64,000 nucleotides of DNA from Candidatus Krumholzibacteriota bacterium (GCA_963727455.1 CAVSGG010000005.1:224001-288000); one strand, 5' to 3'. Shown: positions 10,593 to 21,303, counted from the stretch's first letter. The notes: generated by a model not told the origin, from the letters alone. Numbers and translations: made by a program.

Positions 10593-11978
10593 ATGATGAT
10601 GTTCGAGTTCGAAGAGGAATACACGGATCAGGCTCAAATCCGAGTCGTGGGAGTTGGTGGAGCGGGAGGTAATGCCGTCAATGGAATGATGGCATCGGGT
10701 CTGCCTGGAGTGGAATTCGTCGCAATCAATACCGACGCGCAGGCTCTGCAGGAGAGCCAAGCCACGAACAAAGTGCAAATCGGAGCGAAGATCACCCGCG
10801 GTTTGGGATCGGGCGGGGATCCTCGCGTGGGCAGCAAAGCGGTGGAAGAAGACGAGAACACCGTCGCCGAGGTACTCACCGGCGCCGACATGGTGTTCGT
10901 CACCGCGGGGATGGGGGGAGGAACCGGTACCGGCGCGGCGCCGACGGTGGCGCGCATCGCTCGGGAACTGGGCGCGCTGGTGGTGGGCATCGTGACCATG
11001 CCCTTCACTTTCGAAGGGCGCCACCGCGGGCAGCAGGCTCACGAGGGATTCGAGGCGCTGAAGTCGCAGGTGGATACTCTGATTGCCATTCAGAACGACC
11101 GCCTGCTCAAGATCGTGCCCGCGAACACCCCACTCACCGACGCATTTCGGGTGGCGGACATGGTGCTCTACCACGCCACCAAGGGCATCAGTGACCTCAT
11201 CACGGTGCCCGGTCTGGTGAATCTCGACTTTGCCGACGTACGCAGCATCATGACGGGAATGGGCGACGCGATCATGGGCGCCGGGGTGGCCAAGGGTGAC
11301 ACCCGCGCTGCGGACGCGGCGACCGCGGCCATCTCCAGCCCCCTGCTCGACGAGGTGGACATCCGTGGGGCAAAGGGAGTCCTGGTCAACATCACGGGCG
11401 CCAGTGACATGACTCTGCACGAGGTGAGCGAGGCCACCAGCATCATCCAGGACGGTGTGGGCAGCGAGGCGAACCTCATCTTCGGAGCCGTCATCGATCC
11501 CAATGCGGGCGAGGAGATGCGGGTTACGGTCATCGCGACCGGTTTCGGCGACCCGGCCCGTCAGCCTCAGCGCGCCGGCATCGACATGAACATGGTTCGA
11601 CCCCTCACGCAGCCGGTACCTCTGCAGAAGGTGACGAGCCGCCAGAATCCGGCTGCTCCGGAGCCTCAACCCTTCGCACCTCCCCAGATGCCGGCGGCGC
11701 AACTCAATGTGGCGGGAATGCACGCGCAGACCCCTGCCCGGCCGATGGCGGAGAGCAGGCAGAGCAAACAACTCTCTCTGGAAGATGGTGCGAACGACTC
11801 GGTGGCGAACGAATCCACTCCGGCAGCGCGTCGCTCCATGTTCGAAGCCGAGAACACGCCGCCCCGTGCGCCCGCAGAGGAGCGCGAGGACGAGTCTCCG
11901 ATGAAGGGACGTTCAGCCAGGACGAGCCGCGGTGCCGACCTGGATATCCCAACCTTCATACGCAAGACCATGGACTGA
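10593..11978 (+). CDS. ftsZ: Cell division GTPase FtsZ
   Basis: [19 protein letters not shown] and NLDFAD motifs; long linker and C-terminal DIPTFIRK peptide. Confidence 0.98.
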   Translation: MMMFEFEEEYTDQAQIRVVGVGGAGGNAVNGMMASGLPGVEFVAINTDAQALQESQATNKVQIGAKITRGLGSGGDPRVGSKAVEEDENTVAEVLTGADMVFVTAGMGGGTGTGAAPTVARIARELGALVVGIVTMPFTFEGRHRGQQAHEGFEALKSQVDTLIAIQNDRLLKIVPANTPLTDAFRVADMVLYHATKGISDLITVPGLVNLDFADVRSIMTGMGDAIMGAGVAKGDTRAADAATAAISSPLLDEVDIRGAKGVLVNITGASDMTLHEVSEATSIIQDGVGSEANLIFGAVIDPNAGEEMRVTVIATGFGDPARQPQRAGIDMNMVRPLTQPVPLQKVTSRQNPAAPEPQPFAPPQMPAAQLNVAGMHAQTPARPMAESRQSKQLSLEDGANDSVANESTPAARRSMFEAENTPPRAPAEEREDESPMKGRSARTSRGADLDIPTFIRKTMD

Positions 11979-11998
11979 TCGCCGCGCGGAGGGTCTCG

Positions 11999-13663
11999 AT
12001 GTTTCGTTGGCTGTTTGGGGATACACCGCAACGTCATTACGAACAAGGAATGCGGCTCTACAACGGAGGCGACTACGAATCGTCCCTCGAGGCCTTCGAT
12101 CTCGCGCTCGATGGGCTGGTAGACGATTCGCATCCCTACTTCGCCCTGGCGCGATTCTATCGGGCGGAGGCGCAGGCCAAGATCGGCGCTCGCTTGCTTC
12201 GCGACGGAAGGGATCTCGATGCCCTGCGCTACCTCGATGCGGCCTTGATCGAGCAACCGGGCTACCCTGATTTGCACTTCCGCAAGGCAGTGGCACACTA
12301 CCGACAGGGAGATCCCAAGCAGGCCGAGGAATCGGCGCAAAGTTCGCTGAAGATCAATAGCGATCTTGCCGAGGCGAGAGTCTTGCTCTCGGTGATTCTG
12401 CGGGAGAGGGGAGAGGACGGGGCGGCGAATGCCGAGCTCGCAAGGGCCAGGGAGGCGGGGAAGCGGCGTCCGACCGCACTGACGCGCTTCCTCGAAGAAG
12501 GGCCGCAAGCCCCGGGTGCCAAGGAACTGTGGCAGCATCTCTTCGACGAAGAGAGCTTGAGGCGAAGAATCGACCGGGCGGAATCCCTCTATTTGGCGGG
12601 AGAGCTAAAGGCAAGCCGCCAAGCGATCGAGGCATTGCTACGGAGCTATCCGGACTATCCCGATCTGCGTTTCAAGCTGGCCTTGATTCTCTTCCGCGAG
12701 GGCGATTTAGCAGGCGCACTGGTTCACCTCGAACACGCGCTCACGGTTCATCCGGGATTCGCGGATGCTCTCGTGCTGTCCGCGGCGGTGCTTCTCCATC
12801 AGGGCGAAGTCGAACGAGCGCGGAAGCGTTACGTGCGAGCGCGCGAGGGCGCGGCTCTGCCTTCTCCTTTTGCCGATTACGGTCTTGCCCTGTGTCTCCA
12901 CCTCGAAGGGGACGAAGAAGCCTGCGACAAACTCCTCCGTCCGCTGCTGAGTCAGGGCGAAGTTCCGGTCGAGGTGCTGAATCTCCTCGCATGTACGCGC
13001 GCTCTGGAGGGTCAGACGGAGCTCGCACGGGCCGCCTACGCGGACCTACTACGCGACCAGCCTGGACCCCAAGCCGTACTCGACGCAGTGGCGTTTCACC
13101 TGCGGTCGAGTTCAATCGATACGGCGGAGAGCTGTCTGAATCAGCTAGGGCAAGACCCCATGGACCCGGCGGTCACTCTGGCTCGAGCCGAAATTCAGGT
13201 GGAGAAGGAACGGTTCGGGGCTGCCGCCGCCCTGCTCGACGACTACGAGAACGAGGCCGGTCTGCAGCCCGCACTGGCCGTGCTTCGCGCGCAGATTCAT
13301 CGCAGTCTGAAAGAGGAGTCCCGTGCGCTGCGCAAGCTGGAGGAAGTGTTGAAGCGGTGGCCTGAGAGCGCCGCGGCCCGAAGGGAGCGCGTGCGCATCT
13401 TGGCCGGGAGCGGACGTGTCGAGGAAGCGCTCGAAGAGCAGGAGCAGCTCAGGAATCTGCGGGCGGGTTCCCTCGCCGACGAGATCTGCCATCTTCAACT
13501 TCTGCGGCGCAAGGGCGAGGTCGCACAATGCGAGACCAGCGCGCGACGTCTCACGCAGCTCTATCCGCTCTCCCTCAGAGTGCGCAGCCAACAGCGCGAA
13601 CGCTGGCTGGGCCCTCTTTCCGCGGTGGATCCGGCTCCTCTCGGCGAATTGGTCCAGGCATAA
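11999..13663 (+). CDS. Cytoplasmic tetratricopeptide-repeat protein
   Basis: Repeated helical TPR units (PGYPDLHF, PDYPDLRF, PGFADA); no signal peptide. Confidence 0.8.
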   Translation: MFRWLFGDTPQRHYEQGMRLYNGGDYESSLEAFDLALDGLVDDSHPYFALARFYRAEAQAKIGARLLRDGRDLDALRYLDAALIEQPGYPDLHFRKAVAHYRQGDPKQAEESAQSSLKINSDLAEARVLLSVILRERGEDGAANAELARAREAGKRRPTALTRFLEEGPQAPGAKELWQHLFDEESLRRRIDRAESLYLAGELKASRQAIEALLRSYPDYPDLRFKLALILFREGDLAGALVHLEHALTVHPGFADALVLSAAVLLHQGEVERARKRYVRAREGAALPSPFADYGLALCLHLEGDEEACDKLLRPLLSQGEVPVEVLNLLACTRALEGQTELARAAYADLLRDQPGPQAVLDAVAFHLRSSSIDTAESCLNQLGQDPMDPAVTLARAEIQVEKERFGAAAALLDDYENEAGLQPALAVLRAQIHRSLKEESRALRKLEEVLKRWPESAAARRERVRILAGSGRVEEALEEQEQLRNLRAGSLADEICHLQLLRRKGEVAQCETSARRLTQLYPLSLRVRSQQRERWLGPLSAVDPAPLGELVQA

Positions 13664-13726
13664 CTAAATTGTAGCGAATCTCGACTCGAATGAGGCTTCC
13701 CCCAGCCTGGACGGAGGAATTTGCGC

Positions 13727-14191
13727 ATGAAGAAGATCTTCATCTGCATGGTCCTAATCGCAGTTCTCATACCCGTATCCTCGGCAGCATCCGAACACCG
13801 ATCGTCATTCGGAGCCGGTATCATCTTGGGGGAACCCACCGGAGTTTCCATGAAGCTCTGGACCGGTGGTTCGACGGCAGTGCAGGGCGCTGTGGCCTGG
13901 TCCTTCACCGAGCACACCAATCTGCATTTGCATGCCGACTACATCTGGCACCGCTGGAACGTCATCAAGGTGGAAAAGGGCTCCCTGCCGCTGTATTTCG
14001 GCGTGGGCGGGCGCCTGCGTCTCCGCGACGAGGTCGACGATACCCTGGGGGTGCGCTTCCCGGTAGGCCTGGCCTATGAGTTTGCCGACGCACCGTTCGA
14101 TCTTTTCTTGGAGCTGGTCCCAGTTCTGGATCTGACCCCCAGCAGCGAATTCGATCTCAACGCCGCCCTCGGCGGACGATACTACTTTTGA
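13727..14191 (+). CDS. Small outer-membrane beta-barrel protein (DUF3996-like)
   Basis: Signal peptide, GAGIILGEPTGVSMK, LHADY, GVRFPVG, terminal aromatic RYYF. Confidence 0.75.
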   Translation: MKKIFICMVLIAVLIPVSSAASEHRSSFGAGIILGEPTGVSMKLWTGGSTAVQGAVAWSFTEHTNLHLHADYIWHRWNVIKVEKGSLPLYFGVGGRLRLRDEVDDTLGVRFPVGLAYEFADAPFDLFLELVPVLDLTPSSEFDLNAALGGRYYF

Positions 14192-14239
14192 ACCCTCAAC
14201 AAAGTCGTCGAAGGACTCTCCCCCTTTGAGCATGAGAGC

Positions 14240-15970
14240 ATGAACCCAATACCGGACTTCGTAGCCGAGAAGCTCGCGCAGGAAACCTGGCTGGTTCCCG
14301 CGCCAAAGCGTCAGCCGAGCACGAAGGCGGCTCTGCTCGTGTGCTTCGCCAACACCTACGAAGTGGGAATGTCCAATCTGGGTTTCCAGTACATCTGGAG
14401 CGCGTGTCTGGACGGGATGGAGCTCGGGGTGGATCGCCTCTTTTTGGAGGTCGAGACCCCCGAGACTCCCCAGTCCTTCGAGACGCGCCGGCCTTTGGCC
14501 GAGCACCGTCTCAGCCTGTGGAGCATCTCCTTCGAGGAAGATTACTTCCATTTCGCGCGCATGCTGCGCGACGCGTCGCTTCCTTTGAGGGCAAGCGAAC
14601 GCGGGGAGGATGACACCTTCGTCCTGGTTGGCGGCCCCGCCGTGACCGCCAACCCCGAGTCCCTGGCTCTTTTGTGCGATGCGATCGTCATAGGGGACGG
14701 AGAGCCTTTCATGGAGGAGGCAACTCCTCTGCTGGAGGAATTCGCGGAGGGGCGCATCTCGCGCCGCGAGTTCGAGGACGCGCTCTCTGAGATCCAGGGA
14801 GTCTACTTGCCCCAGCGAGTGAGCTCGCCGACCCTCCACGAGCGTTCCGTGAAGGATCAGCGCGCACCGGAGCTGATCGTCAAACGCACCGAGACCGCCG
14901 AGGTGGTGGACGACCTGATCAGCTCGCGGGTCATCACCCCCAGCAGTGTCTTTTCCAACGTGATGATGGCGGAGATGACGCGCGGCTGCGGATGGGGCTG
15001 CCGCTTCTGCCTGGCCGGCTATTGGTACCGGCCCGTGCGTTTTTCCAACGCGGACGCGCTACTGAAGCGATTGGAAGAGACGGATCTGAAATCTGGAACG
15101 GTCGGATTGGTGGGGGCCTGTCTCGTCGATCATCCCGAGCTGGATCGAGTCACCCAGAGTCTGGTGGACAGGAACATCAAGTACACCACCAGCAGTCTGC
15201 GCCTCGAACTTCTCGACGAGAAGCGGGTGGACGGCATCGTGCGTGGTGGCATGCGCACCATCACGATCGCGCCCGAGGCCGGCACGGAGCGCCTGCGGCG
15301 CGTCATCCGCAAAACCATGAGCCACGAGGACATTCTGAACAGCGGCCGCACCCTGGCCGCCAAGGGAGTCCAGAAACTCAAACTCTACTTCATGATGGGT
15401 CTGCCCACCGAGAGCGACGAGGATATGGAGGGAATCGTCACTTTGACCCAAGATCTCAAGCGCGTTTTCGCCGAGGTCGGGCACCACCCGCGACTTTCCT
15501 TGAGTGTGAGTCCGCTGGTTCCAAAGCCCTGGACTGCATTCCAGTGGAAGGCGATGATCAGCAAGGAAGTCCACGAGCGACGCGCGAAAATCCTTTTGCG
15601 GGCACTCGATCGGATCTCCGGTGTAAGAGTGACGGTGGGTACACCCAAGGAAACCTACCGGCAGAGCATTCTCTCGCTGGGGGACCGAAGGGTGTCCGAA
15701 GCTCTGATCCGCTGGGCGGAGGGAACTTCACCCACCTGGAAAAGAGCTCTGAAGGACGCGCACGTCGACGTGGAGTGGCTGCTCTACGCCGAGAAGCCCG
15801 ACGAGTATCGTTTTCCCTGGGATTTCGTGAAGACCGCGGTCTCCCGGCGTTACCTGCTGAAGGAGTACCATCGCAGTTTCCGCGACGGGGAAGAACTGGG
15901 GGCGAAGGCCTGGGAGGAGCGGCAAACAGAACTGGCCGAACGCGAAACGGCCACACGTGCCAGCGCTTGA
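14240..15970 (+). CDS. Radical SAM protein (B12-binding-like N-domain, TIGR03960/YgiQ-like)
   Basis: YEVGMSNLG, VGGPAVTANPE, CxxxCxxC (RGCGWGCRFC), TIAPEAGTERLR, KLYFMMGLP. Confidence 0.88.
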   Translation: MNPIPDFVAEKLAQETWLVPAPKRQPSTKAALLVCFANTYEVGMSNLGFQYIWSACLDGMELGVDRLFLEVETPETPQSFETRRPLAEHRLSLWSISFEEDYFHFARMLRDASLPLRASERGEDDTFVLVGGPAVTANPESLALLCDAIVIGDGEPFMEEATPLLEEFAEGRISRREFEDALSEIQGVYLPQRVSSPTLHERSVKDQRAPELIVKRTETAEVVDDLISSRVITPSSVFSNVMMAEMTRGCGWGCRFCLAGYWYRPVRFSNADALLKRLEETDLKSGTVGLVGACLVDHPELDRVTQSLVDRNIKYTTSSLRLELLDEKRVDGIVRGGMRTITIAPEAGTERLRRVIRKTMSHEDILNSGRTLAAKGVQKLKLYFMMGLPTESDEDMEGIVTLTQDLKRVFAEVGHHPRLSLSVSPLVPKPWTAFQWKAMISKEVHERRAKILLRALDRISGVRVTVGTPKETYRQSILSLGDRRVSEALIRWAEGTSPTWKRALKDAHVDVEWLLYAEKPDEYRFPWDFVKTAVSRRYLLKEYHRSFRDGEELGAKAWEERQTELAERETATRASA

Positions 15971-16048
15971 CGCGCGGCGCCCGGTGCGCTCAATTCGAAG
16001 CTCTCGAACTCTCGCCAGCTGTACCTTCATCGAGGTGAAGCGATCACC

Positions 16049-17530
16049 ATGAAGCACCCGAATTCTCCTAGGCTGTGGGCACTGGTCACGGCGTGCCTCA
16101 TGCTTTCGGTTGCCGGCACCTGGGGCTCTTCCCGCGCGCAGGACATCCCGCCCGCGGATCCCAGCCATCCATGGCTCGCCAAGGGTGACAGTCTGGTGGC
16201 GGCCGGCAAGGGCGAGTTGGCGCGCGATTCCTATCGCGAGGTGCTGAAGGCCCACGGAGATGACGTGGAATTGTGGCTGCGTCTGGCGGCGGTGGAGACG
16301 GCTCTGGGGAACGTGACGCAGGGATTGGAAGCGGCCAAGAAGGCACGCAAGCTGGACCCCAAAGGGGCCGATCCCTATCTGATGCTGGCGCAGGCCCAGT
16401 TCACCAGCGGCGATGCCACGACCGCGCTCAAGACTCTGGAGACCGGAGTCAGCGAACACCAGGACGACATTCCACTTCTGGAGGCCTTGGTAACGGTCAA
16501 GATCGCGATGCAGAAGTGGGCCGACGCCGGGGGACTGCTGCGTCAGTTGATTCTTCTCGACGGTTCCAACCCGATGTACTTCATGGATCTCGGCCGCATC
16601 CAGCACCGGGTGGGCGAGATGGATCAAGCATATTCGAATTTGAAAAAGGCCTTGAGCCTGGGCGCCTCGCGTTCGGAGGCACTCGCTCTTTTGGGTCACG
16701 TGTGTCTGGGACTGGGACGTCTCGACGAGGCCAAGAGTGACCTGGAAGAGAGCCTCTCCATCGAACCCAGCGCGGAAGCCTGGTCGGGTCTCGCTGGCCT
16801 GCATTTCCTGCAGGGGGATCCCGCTGCTGCCGAAAAGGCATTCCACGAAGCTCTACGGCTCGATCCCAAGGATCCCGACTCCTGGTTCAATCTCGGCAAT
16901 TCGCTGGTGGTGCAGGAGAAGATGGCGGAAGCCGAGGAGGCCTACCGCAAAGCGATCGAAGTCGATCCAGGGCCCTCGTCCGCATCGGCGCGCCTCAATC
17001 TCGGGGTCCTTCTGCTCACGCGAGGAAAGGTGGACGAGGCCAAGAAGACCTTGAGCGAGGCGGCGCGTCTCAATCCCAAGCTGCCGGGCCCTCATCTGCA
17101 TCTCGCTCGCATCGCCGGAGCACGCTTTCATTACGATGAGGCCAGGAAGCACTATCTCGAATACCGCCAAGTCGTTCCCGACGATAAGGAGAAGAAGCGG
17201 ATCGACGGTGTCCTGGCCGATCTCGATGCGAAGATCAAAGAGCGGAAGGCATCTCTGGCCAAGGGTGAGGTCCATCTGCTTCAGATCATGACGAAGGAGA
17301 AGTCCCAGGCGGAAGACGCTCGCTCGCGGGTTCAGGCGGGCGAGGATTTCTATGCGGTAGGCCAGTCACTGAGCAAGCTCGCCAAGATCACTGGGGTCGA
17401 CATCGGCTATGTCGACCCAACCGCCCTCAACGCCGGTTTCCAGAAGGCCATAAAGACCTTGAAAGTGGGCGAGCTGAGCGCGGTTCTGCAAGGTCCCAAC
17501 GGGTATTATCTGTTTCAACGCGTGGAGTGA
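16049..17530 (+). CDS. Secreted TPR protein with C-terminal parvulin (PpiC)-like domain
   Basis: Signal peptide, many TPRs, C-terminal GEDF...GVDIGYV...LKVGELS...GYYLF. Confidence 0.8.
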   Translation: MKHPNSPRLWALVTACLMLSVAGTWGSSRAQDIPPADPSHPWLAKGDSLVAAGKGELARDSYREVLKAHGDDVELWLRLAAVETALGNVTQGLEAAKKARKLDPKGADPYLMLAQAQFTSGDATTALKTLETGVSEHQDDIPLLEALVTVKIAMQKWADAGGLLRQLILLDGSNPMYFMDLGRIQHRVGEMDQAYSNLKKALSLGASRSEALALLGHVCLGLGRLDEAKSDLEESLSIEPSAEAWSGLAGLHFLQGDPAAAEKAFHEALRLDPKDPDSWFNLGNSLVVQEKMAEAEEAYRKAIEVDPGPSSASARLNLGVLLLTRGKVDEAKKTLSEAARLNPKLPGPHLHLARIAGARFHYDEARKHYLEYRQVVPDDKEKKRIDGVLADLDAKIKERKASLAKGEVHLLQIMTKEKSQAEDARSRVQAGEDFYAVGQSLSKLAKITGVDIGYVDPTALNAGFQKAIKTLKVGELSAVLQGPNGYYLFQRVE

Positions 17531-17546
17531 AGCCCCGGAGCATTCC

Positions 17547-19631
17547 ATGAGCGACAATCCATCGCCGCGCTTCCATCTGGACAGCCCCGTGCAGTACCTG
17601 AAAGGAGTTGGCCCGCGTCGCGCGCAACTGCTTGCGCGCCTGGGAATCGAGCGCGGCGAGGATTTCCTCTACCATCTTCCTCACGACTATCTCGAGCGGT
17701 CCTCTCTTGTCTCCCTGCGCGAGTTACGCGAAGGAGAACGGGCCACGGTGCGCGGCCAGCTCATCGATCTGCAGAGCCGGAGAATTCGCGGCGGCCGGAC
17801 CCTGGTGAGCGCCGTACTCATGGAAAATGGACTTCAGCTACACCTCAGCTGGTTCAACGCCCCCTGGGTGGCCAAGCAGCTCCGGATTGGCGAGGAACTG
17901 GTGGTCTCGGGAAGGGTGGGCTCGTACCGGCGGCGATACCAGATGATCAATCCCTCTTTCGAAGATGCTGGCGAGGAGGGAGAACTTCTGTTGGGAGGAC
18001 TTGTGCCGTGCTATCCCCTTACCGGGGGGATCTCGCAGACCACGATGCGCAAGCTCGTTCGCGGCGCCCTGGACTCCCTGCGCGGTGAAGTCGTCGATCC
18101 TCTACCTCCAGCCTGGCGCGGGGAAGAGTCCCTCCTCGATCTGCAGAGCGCCTTGGAAGCAGTGCATCGACCTTCTGATGCCACGCAGGCAACTGCAGGA
18201 AGAAGAAGGCTGGCCTTCGACGAGGCGCTGGCGCTGCAACTCTCGGTGGGCGTGCGACGGCGGCAATTGCTTCGACGTACCGCCGCGGTGCGCATCCAGG
18301 AACTGGGAGCTTTGTCCGGCGCGTATCTGGACCTTCTCGGCTTCACCCTCACCGGGGCTCAGAGGCGTGTGTTGAAAACCCTGAAGCAAGATTTGGCTCG
18401 CGAAATCGCAATGCACCGTCTTCTGCAGGGGGATGTCGGGAGTGGCAAGACTCTGGTCGCGGTCCTGGCCATGATCTGGATGGCTGAGAACGGAGCTCAG
18501 GCTGCGTTCATGGCACCGACCGAGATCCTGGCTCGGCAGCATGCGACGCGCAACCTGCCTCGCTTGGAGAAAATCGGAATTCATGGCGCGGTCCTGACGG
18601 GTAGCACGCCCACGGCCCGCCGGCGTGAGATCCTGCGCGAGCTGAAGTCTGGGCGGATCCAAGTCATCTTCGGAACCCATGCGCTGATCCAAGACGAGGT
18701 GGAGTTCCGTCGTTTGGGCCTGATCGTAGTGGACGAGCAACACCGCTTCGGGGTTCTGCAGAGGGCGGCGCTCTCCGGGCAAGGAGCGCATCTGCTGGTG
18801 ATGTCGGCCACGCCGATTCCACGCAGTCTAGCCCTGACCGTCTTTGCCGATCTCGACCTTTCGATCCTGGATGAAAAGCCCAAAGGACGCCATCCCGTGG
18901 TCACGCGCGTGCTGAGGGAGGCGGCGTTGCGAAAGGTCTACGAGCATCTGAAGAAACGCGTGGCGAAGGGCGAGCGCGCCTACCTGGTGTTTCCTCTGGT
19001 GGAGGAAACGGAAGGAAACGATTTGGCCAGCGCGAGCGCCGCGTACGAGGAACTCAGCGCGGGACCACTTCGGGGGCTGCGGCTGGGACTCTTGCACGGA
19101 AGGATGGCGGCGCGCGAGAAGGAACGTATCCGCAAGGCCTTTTCCAGCGGCGAGCTGGACGTCCTCGTGGCGACCACTGTCGTGGAGGTAGGAGTCGACG
19201 TTCCCGAAGCAACGCTCATGGTCATTCATCATGCCGAGCGTTTCGGACTCGCCCAACTCCATCAACTTCGTGGGCGCGTGGGGCGAGGGGAGAGAGAATC
19301 CTGGTGCGTGCTGGTGGCCAGCCCGGAGATCGGAGAGGCGGGAAGCCGTCGACTGAAACTCCTGGCAAGCTGCGATGATGGTTTCGAATTAGCGGAAGCC
19401 GATCTGCGCGAGCGTGGCATGGGAGACCTGAGCGGCTTGCGACAACACGGACTGGCGCCGTTCCGTGTGCTGAATCCCCTTCGTGATGGAGCCCTGGTGG
19501 AGTCGGCGCGTGCCCGGGCCGAAGCCGTGCTCTCGACCGACCCTCAACTCACTCTTCCCATCCACCGTTCCCTGAGCCAGTGGCTGGATCACCTGGGCTC
19601 ACGCAATCCCTTCTGGAGCGCCACCGGCTGA
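17547..19631 (+). CDS. recG: ATP-dependent DNA helicase RecG
   Basis: YLKGVGP, LLQGDVGSGKT, DEQHRFG, MSATPIPR and QLHQLRGRVGRG motifs. Confidence 0.97.
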   Translation: MSDNPSPRFHLDSPVQYLKGVGPRRAQLLARLGIERGEDFLYHLPHDYLERSSLVSLRELREGERATVRGQLIDLQSRRIRGGRTLVSAVLMENGLQLHLSWFNAPWVAKQLRIGEELVVSGRVGSYRRRYQMINPSFEDAGEEGELLLGGLVPCYPLTGGISQTTMRKLVRGALDSLRGEVVDPLPPAWRGEESLLDLQSALEAVHRPSDATQATAGRRRLAFDEALALQLSVGVRRRQLLRRTAAVRIQELGALSGAYLDLLGFTLTGAQRRVLKTLKQDLAREIAMHRLLQGDVGSGKTLVAVLAMIWMAENGAQAAFMAPTEILARQHATRNLPRLEKIGIHGAVLTGSTPTARRREILRELKSGRIQVIFGTHALIQDEVEFRRLGLIVVDEQHRFGVLQRAALSGQGAHLLVMSATPIPRSLALTVFADLDLSILDEKPKGRHPVVTRVLREAALRKVYEHLKKRVAKGERAYLVFPLVEETEGNDLASASAAYEELSAGPLRGLRLGLLHGRMAAREKERIRKAFSSGELDVLVATTVVEVGVDVPEATLMVIHHAERFGLAQLHQLRGRVGRGERESWCVLVASPEIGEAGSRRLKLLASCDDGFELAEADLRERGMGDLSGLRQHGLAPFRVLNPLRDGALVESARARAEAVLSTDPQLTLPIHRSLSQWLDHLGSRNPFWSATG

Positions 19632-19643
19632 ATTGACGCCCGA

Positions 19644-19659
19644 TGGTCCGAACCTTGCT
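19644..19659 (+). promoter_or_regulatory. Candidate sigma54 -24/-12 promoter
   Basis: TGGTCCGAACCTTGCT (GG-N10-GC, TTGC) in the short intergenic gap, about 87 nt before ATG 19746. Confidence 0.5.
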
Positions 19660-19745
19660 GTCACAGGCCACCACAAGGAACCACAAGCCCTGCGAGAGGC
19701 CGCGGCGGCCGACGACGGGGCTGTCTTTAGATGCGTGGAGAGGCC

Positions 19746-20609
19746 ATGATCGTCCAGTGTGCAGAATGCAAGACTTCCTACCGGCTCCAGGCCGAACTCG
19801 TTCCCCCGCGACGGATCAAGACGCGATGCAATCGCTGTGGACACGTCTTTGCCATCGTTGGACCAGAAGCAGACAGCCGAGGGTCCTCCTCCGCGGGTCA
19901 GTCCACCAGTGGCGGCACCCGGCAGGCGCCGTACGAACCCAGCCGCTACGGCGAGGTCGATCTGAGTGCGGCATCCTCGCGAGTGTCCACGGGACCGGCT
20001 TCCAAACCCTTCGTGCCACCGATTGCTCCCCCCATCTCCTCGCAGGAGCCCGCGGCGCCGGCACCGGCTAGGGCGGCAGCGCCGTCTCCGAAGCTCCCGA
20101 ACGAGACGGTACCGCCTTCCGGCGGGCCGGATAGCGAGCTCAAGATCGAGCGCTCGGAGGGCTTTCCTGGTTCTGCCCCGATGACTCAGAGCGCGGCGGC
20201 CAGGCATGCTCCGGCCGCGCCGTCCCTGGATCAGGCCAGAGCCTCCAGTGTCGCGCTCGAGACTCCTCCGGCGAGTTCTCCCTCTTCCTTCCGGGAATTG
20301 GATCTGGACGAGAGCGCTCTCGCCAGCCCGCCCGAGCAGGAAGCTGCGACGATAAGTCCCGAGGAGCAGCGCAAGCAGGACAAGTCGCGTCGTCTCGCGC
20401 GGGCGCTCGTCAGTGACATCCTCGTGTACAACCGCGCCAAGCGGGATGCGGCTCTGGCCTCGGGCAAGCTGGTACAGGAGCTCGGACCCGAGATCAAGAA
20501 GTCGTGGGAGGTTTACAAGGAGCGCGTGACGCCCGAGGTCGCGAATTCGACCAATCACTTTCGCGAGGCTCTCAACGATATCCTCGCGGATGGCCAACCG
20601 ATCTTCTAA
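19746..20609 (+). CDS. MJ0042-type zinc-ribbon protein with Pro/Ser linker and RomX-like C-terminal domain
   Basis: N-terminal CAEC...CNRCGHVF; C-terminal RRLARALVSDILVYN...EIKKSWEVYKERV...FREALNDIL; GGAGAGG RBS. Confidence 0.8.
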   Translation: MIVQCAECKTSYRLQAELVPPRRIKTRCNRCGHVFAIVGPEADSRGSSSAGQSTSGGTRQAPYEPSRYGEVDLSAASSRVSTGPASKPFVPPIAPPISSQEPAAPAPARAAAPSPKLPNETVPPSGGPDSELKIERSEGFPGSAPMTQSAAARHAPAAPSLDQARASSVALETPPASSPSSFRELDLDESALASPPEQEAATISPEEQRKQDKSRRLARALVSDILVYNRAKRDAALASGKLVQELGPEIKKSWEVYKERVTPEVANSTNHFREALNDILADGQPIF

Positions 20610-20650
20610 TGGGTTAGAGCATTACAAAGAAAATCTGAAGTGTTTTCTAA

Positions 20651-20682
20651 AGACCCCGGTGCCCCACGCCGGGGTTCTTCTT
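20651..20682. terminator. Hairpin terminator between convergent genes
   Basis: GACCCCGG-loop-CCGGGGTT followed by CTTCTT; A-rich on the other side. Confidence 0.55.
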
Positions 20683-20762
20683 ATCCCCGAACACGGGTCG
20701 GAAGGCCGCGCTCGAGGAAAAGAGAAAGCGTTGCCGGGAAGGGGAGAGGATGGAAGTGGAGC

Positions 20763-21215
20763 TCAGTCGCTCTCGTCCCACTTCTTGTCGCTGATCTCTT
20801 GCAGGATACCGTCGATCTGCCCGCGGATGCGCATGTTCTGGTCGGGTTCGAAGAGGGCCTTCTTCACCCGCCCGTACTTGTCTTTTTTCACGAAGCGCAG
20901 GGACTGGAGCGAACTCATGGGGACCAGGATATCCTTGCAGACCTGGACCTCCACGTCTCGGCCCTCGACCGTCTGCGGAGGATTGTTGTCTGGGTGCATT
21001 CCCAGACCCCAGCCGTGCACCACCATGGAGCAGATCAGAGCGCGGAAGGTATTTTGCCCCTGTGTGGTATCCAGATCGATGCTGCCCTGCACCTTTTGGA
21101 TGACCCCGTCCACCACGTAGCTCAGCTTCCGCGCTACCGCCGGTGAGATCTTCATGTTCAACAGCCGACCGAACATCTCGGCCAGGATCTTGTCCGTACT
21201 GCTTATTTTCTCCAC
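20763..21215 (-). CDS. Hypothetical protein (about 150 aa)
   Basis: GGAGG RBS before GTG 21215; globular composition; no family recognised. Confidence 0.7.
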   Translation of the reverse strand: MEKISSTDKILAEMFGRLLNMKISPAVARKLSYVVDGVIQKVQGSIDLDTTQGQNTFRALICSMVVHGWGLGMHPDNNPPQTVEGRDVEVQVCKDILVPMSSLQSLRFVKKDKYGRVKKALFEPDQNMRIRGQIDGILQEISDKKWDESD

Positions 21216-21303
21216 CGGGAGCCTCCACGGGGCCTCACGAGTCGGAATCTTGGGGTCCTCCCGCCTCGGGGACGGGGCAGACCATGGGAGTCGAAAACCA
21301 CGA

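Noticed and set aside
6953-11771. Long antisense ORFs (e.g. 6953-8239, 10575-11771; also 35299-36669)
   Set aside because: Shadow ORFs typical of GC-rich codon bias opposite well-supported genes.
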